Of a stretch of DNA of 64,000 bases, positions 58,788-64,000 are shown in pieces. A program made the translations under genes and the position numbers. Within the stretch, counting starts at the first letter, position 1, and every line of letters begins with the position of its first letter. The stretch is from a virus. Its lineage: Duplodnaviria > Caudoviricetes. Location: the IMG/VR virus record IMGVR_UViG_3300037485_000206, positions 1,867-65,866 of that record. One strand, given 5' to 3'. The notes under the pieces are model-generated. The model saw only the letters and a list, made by a program, of their open reading frames with translations, was not told where the DNA came from and did not search any database.

Positions 58788-58932
58788 CTTCTGCCTCCTC
58801 TTCCTCGTTTGCGAGGCGTTCCTCCTCCGCCTCTTGTTCTGCAAGCCACTCCGCTTCCTCGTCCGCGTCGGTGTACTCCCACGCTGGGTCTGAGTCAGGT
58901 GGGTCTGGGCAGTCGCGCCATGAGCCGCTCAT
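58768..58932 (-). CDS. small highly acidic protein
   Basis: GGAGG RBS; D/E-rich. Confidence 0.6.
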   Translation of the reverse strand: MSGSWRDCPDPPDSDPAWEYTDADEEAEWLAEQEAEEERLANEEEEAEDEDALC

Positions 58933-59150
58933 AGTGTCACCTCCACTAATGCGTCGGTCTCGATCCACACCTTGGCTCCGCAGGACAGCGGAGACTCGGG
59001 GCTATACACCACACGGCTCGGGCCGTGGATCTGCACCTCGTGTGCGTAGGTGTTGCTCTTGTAGGTCTTAACGGTGAGCACCGGATCGTTGGCCCCCGTC
59101 TTGGCATTGGCCTTGATCACGTGCTGGTTGACGTGGATGATCGTTTTCAT
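58929..59150 (-). CDS. conserved small phage protein (MKTIIHVNQHVIKAN...LSCGAKVWIET)
   Basis: Recognisable widespread phage family; ATGA coupling. Confidence 0.75.
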   Translation of the reverse strand: MKTIIHVNQHVIKANAKTGANDPVLTVKTYKSNTYAHEVQIHGPSRVVYSPESPLSCGAKVWIETDALVEVTL

Positions 59151-59323
59151 TTCTTCCCCTTGGGGGGCTTCACGCCGACGCGGGACAGGGTGTCCTTCAT
59201 CTCCTGCCACGCCTTGTTCTCTCGGGCAATGGAGGCCTTAGCCAAGGCCATCATCTTCTCCTCTTCCTCGCGGATGAGTTTGCCCATGCATTCCAACTTC
59301 TTGTCGCTGTCTTTCTTGTCCAT
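59147..59323 (-). CDS. small charged protein (MDKKDSDKK...), absent from ORF track
   Basis: 58 aa; AGGAG RBS. Confidence 0.6.
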   Translation of the reverse strand: MDKKDSDKKLECMGKLIREEEEKMMALAKASIARENKAWQEMKDTLSRVGVKPPKGKK

Positions 59324-59341
59324 CTCTCTTCTCCTAGTTAA

Positions 59342-59364
59342 AAGGGGGACACCATGTCCCCCTT
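59342..59364. repeat. family-A palindrome variant AAGGGGGACA-CCA-TGTCCCCCTT
   Basis: Both arms altered, symmetry kept. Confidence 0.85.
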
Positions 59365-59369
59365 ACGAA

Positions 59370-60344
59370 TTACACCGTGATCAGATCAAAAGCCTTCTGC
59401 TTCAGATCATCGCCCTGTCCCCACAACGCTGACGCGATGCGGTTCTCCTCGCTCTGGCTGCGGATGTGCTGGTCAGCGTACTCGGTGACCGCGTTGAACC
59501 ATCCCCAGCCCGTCTCCCATGCGCTGTCGAGCGTGCTGCCCTTGCCGTCGCCACCGAACAGGCCGAGCACGCGGTTGTATCCAGCCGACGCACGGATCGC
59601 GTCCTCGTCCTTCTTGCCCGCCTTGAACAGGCGAAGCGTGAGGTCTTGCGCCTTCTCAGCGTTGACCTTGATAGCCGTGAGGTTGCGTGCCATCAGCATG
59701 AACGCACCGAACTCCTCGTGCGCTGCCTCGACTGCCTTGCGAGCATCGTTGGGTTGGAACTTACTGCGATGAGTAGTGCGGTGGCAAGCCGCAGTTCCCC
59801 GAGCCAACTGGAAGGTGTTGTTGCACACCGTGCGAACGCCAGTCACCCGGCTCTCCGTAGCCAGCGAACCATCCGCCGAGGTGGACAGCAGCACGTAGGG
59901 CACGACCTTGTCGCGGTGATTGCCGTACCCCAGATCCACCGCGTCCGACAACTTGGCGGTGGCGAAGTACTTCCCGCCGCTGAACAGCACGCCAGCCGAC
60001 TCGATGGTCAGGCCACCCTGATCCGTCCAGTCACGGAAGAACTCCAGCACTTCCTTGGGCTGCACGACCTTGTAAGAAGCCGACACCACGCCGAGGTGCT
60101 TCTTGTTGTCCGAACGGAAGAGCACGACCTTGTCCTCGATCTTGCCCATGTCCTCGGCGGACTGGCCGCGCTCGGTGGCGAAGCGAACGAAGCCGCGCTG
60201 CACTTCGTAGTCCATGCCAGCCTGCTTCTGCCACTCCTCGACAGACGCGCCGCGAGTCATGAGTTGGCCGAGACCGTGCCACTCACGCTCCGTAGATGCG
60301 TACTGAGCGGTTCCGTTGCTGTTGAATGCGATTTGATGAGCCAT
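59370..60344 (-). CDS. DUF932 family protein
   Basis: WHGLG, LGVVSASYKVVQP, SAGVL..G, STSADGS, VRTVCNNT, NAVTEYADQ. Confidence 0.85.
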   Translation of the reverse strand: MAHQIAFNSNGTAQYASTEREWHGLGQLMTRGASVEEWQKQAGMDYEVQRGFVRFATERGQSAEDMGKIEDKVVLFRSDNKKHLGVVSASYKVVQPKEVLEFFRDWTDQGGLTIESAGVLFSGGKYFATAKLSDAVDLGYGNHRDKVVPYVLLSTSADGSLATESRVTGVRTVCNNTFQLARGTAACHRTTHRSKFQPNDARKAVEAAHEEFGAFMLMARNLTAIKVNAEKAQDLTLRLFKAGKKDEDAIRASAGYNRVLGLFGGDGKGSTLDSAWETGWGWFNAVTEYADQHIRSQSEENRIASALWGQGDDLKQKAFDLITV

Positions 60345-60356
60345 TTCTATCTCCTT

Positions 60357-60386
60357 GGGTTGTGCCAGTGTCCGACTGGCGGCGGT
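60357..60386 (-). repeat. family-B hairpin element, copy 1 (covarying stem GCCAGT/ACTGGC)
   Basis: GTGCCAGT-GTCCG-ACTGGC-GGCGGT. Confidence 0.9.
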
Positions 60387-60404
60387 AACGCTTGGATGTC
60401 TAAC

Positions 60405-60434
60405 ATTATACATGCTCCCACAGGTGTGGGAGCA
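60405..60434 (-). promoter_or_regulatory. TATAAT box with a 10-bp inverted repeat where the -35 should be
   Basis: ATTATA at 60405-60410; TGCTCCCACA-GG-TGTGGGAGCA at 60413-60434. Confidence 0.5.
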
Positions 60435-60444
60435 GGGTTCTTAC

Positions 60445-61119
60445 TTAGATCTTGAGGCTAACGGTGACGTTGTTGAGCACCTCCTCGATGACCTCGCGCA
60501 CCGCGTCCTCGTCGATCTCGCCCACCGGATGGATGTCGTCATGGTCGTACTCGGAGTTGTGATCGGAGACTGCCTCCTCTGCTTCTGCCCGTGCCACCTC
60601 CCTAGCAGCCTCGCGCACCGCGTCAACGAACTCGCCGCTGTCGGCGAGCGCGGTGACCAGTGGGTTGAGGAACTCATCACCCATCGTGTGCTTGTCGATG
60701 ATCTTGATCACCGCAAGGCGGAACTGCTCGCTCGTCAGATCCAGCGTTGCCGTAGTGGCGGGACGCTGCGCGTTTTCCAACGCATCGATGCGCTTGGCGT
60801 CGTCCCTCTGGTCAATCCCGAGGCTCTCGATCTGAACGGCGCGGGCGGACAGACGCTGCTCCAACTCCGTGATGCGTCGTGCGTTCTCCATCTGGTCGTT
60901 GTCTTGGCAGTTCATAAGACTGCCTACTTGCTCTTCCAACTTCTCGATGCGCTCGGTCAGGGCAAGCAGCGCTACCGTCAGGTCGGTCTCCAGCCGCTCG
61001 ATGCGCTCGGTCAGGGTGAACACCTTGGCCTCGACACGCTTGTCGATGTGCTCCGTCAGGTTAGCGAGCATGGCATCGAGGATGCCGCCGAGGACGTTGA
61101 TGTTGGTGTTTGCATTCAT
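60445..61119 (-). CDS. coiled-coil acidic early protein
   Basis: LTERIERLE repeats; GGAG RBS. Confidence 0.7.
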   Translation of the reverse strand: MNANTNINVLGGILDAMLANLTEHIDKRVEAKVFTLTERIERLETDLTVALLALTERIEKLEEQVGSLMNCQDNDQMENARRITELEQRLSARAVQIESLGIDQRDDAKRIDALENAQRPATTATLDLTSEQFRLAVIKIIDKHTMGDEFLNPLVTALADSGEFVDAVREAAREVARAEAEEAVSDHNSEYDHDDIHPVGEIDEDAVREVIEEVLNNVTVSLKI

Positions 61120-61147
61120 GGTTCGTATCTCCAAAGGTAGTAACAAG

Positions 61148-61180
61148 GTGCCGGTGACCGACCGGCGGCGGTGTATCAAT
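61148..61180 (-). repeat. family-B hairpin element, copy 2
   Basis: GTGCCGGT-GACCG-ACCGGC-GGCGGTGTATCAAT. Confidence 0.9.
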
Positions 61181-61562
61181 CCTCGTCATCGCCGCCCATC
61201 GCCTCGTCCCAAGGGTCATCGCTGCCCCCGGGTTGTGCGTCGAACGTGGCGTGGGGTTCAAGTGTGCCGTCCTCGTTGACTGCGCTGACGCCGCCGTCGA
61301 GATCGATCTCTTGGTTCTCTCCCGCAGTTGCGTGAGTCTCAAGCAGCGCCTTGACTGCTTCATCCAAGAACCCCTGCCGCTCGTCTGGCGCGAACTCACC
61401 ATCGCCACGAGTGCTGGCTGCATACACATGATCGCCCCCATGATCGGGATAGAACGCGCTGAAGCACCCATGCCTAAGCCGCAGGTATCCGATCTGCGTG
61501 TCGTCTAGGTAGACGTTGTATTGCTCAGGCATTGCCGAGCACGTTTGTTCAATCTTCACCAT
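61176..61562 (-). CDS. early hypothetical protein
   Basis: TCSAMPEQY...GYLRLRHG; AGGAG RBS. Confidence 0.7.
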   Translation of the reverse strand: MVKIEQTCSAMPEQYNVYLDDTQIGYLRLRHGCFSAFYPDHGGDHVYAASTRGDGEFAPDERQGFLDEAVKALLETHATAGENQEIDLDGGVSAVNEDGTLEPHATFDAQPGGSDDPWDEAMGGDDED

Positions 61563-61575
61563 CTCATTTCTCCTA

Positions 61576-61606
61576 GTGGTTGTGCCGGTGACCGACCGGC
61601 GGCGGT
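61576..61606 (-). repeat. family-B hairpin element, copy 3
   Basis: GTGGTTGTGCCGGT-GACCG-ACCGGC-GGCGGT. Confidence 0.9.
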
Positions 61607-61641
61607 CTAGCAGTAAGACCCCAAATAGCGTATTTAGAGTC

Positions 61642-61875
61642 CTAGCCTTTTCTCAGGTACTGTGCGTCTTGTAGCGCTCGCTCGTAGCCTCGCACATATG
61701 AAACCAGCGCGTGGTACAGCCCGATCTCGCTTCTGGCTTGCAGCATGGTGCGGTTGTCGTAGTGGATGACCCAGATACCATCCTCGCGCCGGAAGGGCTT
61801 GTACTCGCTGGTGCTGGTGCATGACAGCGCAGCGAGGCGGTCGATAACTAGGGGGATTCTTTTCGCGTCTGCCAT
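61642..61875 (-). CDS. early hypothetical protein (MADAKRIP...)
   Basis: GGAG RBS. Confidence 0.6.
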   Translation of the reverse strand: MADAKRIPLVIDRLAALSCTSTSEYKPFRREDGIWVIHYDNRTMLQARSEIGLYHALVSYVRGYERALQDAQYLRKG

Positions 61876-61876
61876 A

Positions 61877-61981
61877 TCAGTTCTCCAAGTAGCCAAGGAA
61901 TAGAGCGACGAGCGTCGCGAGGAATGCAGCAGCAATCAACCAGTCGGTGATGTGGTGCCACGTATTTTTGGTGTCCTTCAT
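61877..61981 (-). CDS. 34-aa single-TM peptide, absent from ORF track
   Basis: MKDTKNTWHHITDWLIAAAFLATLVALFLGYLEN; AGGAG RBS. Confidence 0.6.
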   Translation of the reverse strand: MKDTKNTWHHITDWLIAAAFLATLVALFLGYLEN

Positions 61982-62011
61982 TGCTTTCTCCTGTTGTTGA
62001 TAGTAGACATT

Positions 62012-62038
62012 GAACCGGGGACATCATGTCCCCGGTTC
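62012..62038. repeat. family-A palindrome (13-bp arms, centre C)
   Basis: GAACCGGGGACAT-C-ATGTCCCCGGTTC. Confidence 0.95.
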
Positions 62039-62044
62039 CCTCCG

Positions 62045-62659
62045 TTAAGCGCAGACCAGCCGCTTGACCTCGGTCTTGATGACCTCCTCGCGCACCTCCA
62101 CCACCTCGATGCGGCATGACTCGTTGTCCTCCTTGACGTAGCCCGTGATGAACATGCGGATCGTCAGGGGTTTCTTGAAGAAGTCGTCGAGTTCCCATAC
62201 GCGGTCGCTTTTGCGTAGCCACTTGACCGATGGGTGCGATGCGCTGATGTGCAGCGGTACTTCCTTGGTGAACTCATACGACCGTCCCCGGTGGTTGTTG
62301 GAGTAGGTCTGATCCTTCGTGGGCATCGCCGTCCACTCGGGCGTGAGGTACAGGGAGAGCAAGCGCAGCAGTCGCTTGTCGTCCTTGATGCTGTCCAGAT
62401 CATTGATCACGATGCTGATGCTCACCACCGATGCGTACTGGCTCGCGTCCACGTAGATGTGCTGGTTGGGGCCGACGTAGTCCATCGCTTTACCGCACCA
62501 CCCACGTTCCTTCTTATACGCGGCAGGGATCGCGTCGAACACACGCTTCACCTCGGGGTGCGTGATGTTGTCCGAGCGCACGGTTTGCATGTGCCGCGCT
62601 GCGGCGTTGCTGATGCGGTCGTTCTTGATGCGCTGCGCGAAAGTTTGAGTCTTAGCCAT
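62045..62659 (-). CDS. early hypothetical protein
   Basis: 204 aa; AAGGAG RBS; YVKED..SCRI.V C-terminus. Confidence 0.75.
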   Translation of the reverse strand: MAKTQTFAQRIKNDRISNAAARHMQTVRSDNITHPEVKRVFDAIPAAYKKERGWCGKAMDYVGPNQHIYVDASQYASVVSISIVINDLDSIKDDKRLLRLLSLYLTPEWTAMPTKDQTYSNNHRGRSYEFTKEVPLHISASHPSVKWLRKSDRVWELDDFFKKPLTIRMFITGYVKEDNESCRIEVVEVREEVIKTEVKRLVCA

Positions 62660-62686
62660 TTCAATTCTCCTTGGGCGTTGCCCGTT

Positions 62687-62732
62687 GTGGTTGTGCCGGT
62701 GTCCGACCGGCGGCGGTGTATCAATAGATCAG
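62687..62732 (-). repeat. family-B element, copy 4 (46 bp identical to copy 5)
   Basis: GTGGTTGTGCCGGTGTCCGACCGGCGGCGGTGTATCAATAGATCAG. Confidence 0.95.
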
Positions 62733-63175
62733 AACTCTTCGTTTGGTGACAGGTTGTGGCAGTAGTCCGCCACGCCCGAGTCGTAGCCGCGCCTGTACAT
62801 ATGGCGCAGATCGTCTTGCTCGTACTTGCAGTCCTCGATGCCCTCCTCCACCCCGTCGCGATAGCCGATAGCGAACGCCTTGAGTTGGTCATAAGGGACG
62901 ATCTTGATCTGCGCGACCCGTGCTTGGGCTATTGCTTCGCGCTTCATGTCGTCGTAGTAGCCCGAGCCATCGAGGAAGTGCTGCGGGCTGTCGTAGTTGC
63001 AGCCATGCAGATAGGCTTCGCCCAGCGTGTGGCCCATGCGTTGCGCCTCGACACGCACGACGAAGGCATCGTCTGGCCTGTCCAGATCGCGGCTCGCCGT
63101 TGTGACGATCTCGAAGCCCGACACCTTCTCGCGCTTGACCGCGCCGAACTCATCCCAGTTGTTGAATGCATACAT
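62729..63175 (-). CDS. early hypothetical protein
   Basis: LGEAYLHGCNY...GYYDDM; YRRGYDSG; RBS. Confidence 0.75.
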   Translation of the reverse strand: MYAFNNWDEFGAVKREKVSGFEIVTTASRDLDRPDDAFVVRVEAQRMGHTLGEAYLHGCNYDSPQHFLDGSGYYDDMKREAIAQARVAQIKIVPYDQLKAFAIGYRDGVEEGIEDCKYEQDDLRHMYRRGYDSGVADYCHNLSPNEEF

Positions 63176-63189
63176 CTCAGTTCTCCTAA

Positions 63190-63235
63190 GTGGTTGTGCC
63201 GGTGTCCGACCGGCGGCGGTGTATCAATAGATCAG
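63190..63235 (-). repeat. family-B element, copy 5
   Basis: Identical 46-mer to 62687-62732. Confidence 0.95.
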
Positions 63236-63579
63236 CGTCCGTAGTCGCCCTTCACGTATTCCCACGGCGAGATGTTCGCTTGCTTGTCTGCCTTTTGCTG
63301 CTCGAAGTACTTGATGGCATCCACCAAGCGTTGGGCGTACCGCTCGTTGACCTCCATCGCCTTGGCGAAGAGCACCGATGCCTTCTCTTCTTGCTCGGCG
63401 CACTCAGCCTCGGTGATGGTGGGCACGACGACCACCTCGATGCCCACTACGTGCCCGTACTCGTCCTTCAGCACCGCCAAGGTTGGCGCATCGATGAGCA
63501 GGGGTGCGTTCGAGGGGTGGAACGTCTTGCCGTCCCACCAGTTGGTGTTGAACGTATTGAACGCGATGTAGTTCTTCAT
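63232..63579 (-). CDS. early hypothetical protein (MKNYIAFNTF...)
   Basis: AAGGAG RBS. Confidence 0.7.
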   Translation of the reverse strand: MKNYIAFNTFNTNWWDGKTFHPSNAPLLIDAPTLAVLKDEYGHVVGIEVVVVPTITEAECAEQEEKASVLFAKAMEVNERYAQRLVDAIKYFEQQKADKQANISPWEYVKGDYGR

Positions 63580-63590
63580 TTCATTTCTCC

Positions 63591-63800
63591 TTAGTTCACC
63601 ATTACCCGCGCCGTGGTCAGCGCGTCGTCTTTGTGGGTTGTGGAATATTGAGCGGGGATTTGCTCGATACCGTTCTTGAACAGCCGCACCAGATACTCCT
63701 CCCATTCGGGATCCCAATACACCTTGGCCTCCCAAGATACTGTGGTGGTGCCCACCTTATGTGTGCGCTGCACGGTATCGATTAACTCGGGCTTCTTCAT
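63591..63800 (-). CDS. early hypothetical protein
   Basis: AKVYWDPEWEEYLVRLF...KDDALTTA; RBS. Confidence 0.7.
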   Translation of the reverse strand: MKKPELIDTVQRTHKVGTTTVSWEAKVYWDPEWEEYLVRLFKNGIEQIPAQYSTTHKDDALTTARVMVN

Positions 63801-63819
63801 CTCTCTTCTCCTTGGGTTG

Positions 63820-63844
63820 AACCGGGGACACCATGTCCCCGGTT
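63820..63844. repeat. family-A palindrome (11-bp arms, CCA centre)
   Basis: AACCGGGGACA-CCA-TGTCCCCGGTT. Confidence 0.95.
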
Positions 63845-63854
63845 TGTTGGTTGA

Positions 63855-64000
63855 TCAGTAATGCACGCCAGCACGCTGGACGAAGCCGTCAGTCTCGCGC
63901 TTTGCCTTGGCCTTGGCATAGAGGGCAACCACTACGCCTCCCGGCTCGATGTGGCGCACATCGGTCTCGTCGCCGTCGATGACAGGCCAGCCCCTGAACG
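63855..64000 (-). CDS. C-terminus of a GP88-like protein (partial)
   Basis: Manual translation: FRGWPVIDGDETDVRHIEPGGVVVALYAKAKAKRETDGFV. Confidence 0.6.
   Translation of the reverse strand, partial: FRGWPVIDGDETDVRHIEPGGVVVALYAKAKAKRETDGFVQRAGVHY

Noticed and set aside
59342-63844. Repeats as a CRISPR array
   Set aside because: The intervals are whole genes of 0.4-1 kb rather than 30-40-nt spacers; there are two repeat types and no cas operon.
1-64000. tRNA genes, integrase/att site, alternative genetic code
   Set aside because: No cloverleaf or recombinase motifs seen by eye; core genes are intact in the standard code.

Overview
This window holds most of a tailed dsDNA phage genome (Caudoviricetes, probably podovirus-like; a Gram-negative, possibly betaproteobacterial host is inferred, not shown). 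There are two arms. The + strand (about 1.75-43.9 kb) runs through terminase, portal, GroES, scaffold, major capsid, small basic proteins, adaptors, fibres, holins with a GH108 lysin, a tail nozzle, ejection proteins and a 3151-aa polyvalent protein. The - strand (about 43.8-64 kb and 1-1.3 kb) carries primase-helicase, an HTH regulator, an SSB-like protein, SNF2 helicase, HNH and PD-(D/E)XK nucleases, PolA, VRR-NUC, DUF3310, DUF932 and many small early genes. Both window ends fall inside the same early-gene region, so the genome is probably circularly permuted and slightly longer than 64 kb. I found no integrase, RNA polymerase, tRNA, CRISPR array or reverse transcriptase. The most unusual signal is an early region built as an array of mostly single-gene units, nearly all preceded by one of two conserved hairpin families that show compensatory base changes. 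Also notable are a third palindromic operator-like motif, several pseudoknot-capable intergenic RNAs, and a short [FYM]-x-x-G-G peptide tag shared by about 8-9 otherwise unrelated late proteins. All protein calls come from motif recognition by eye; no searches were run.
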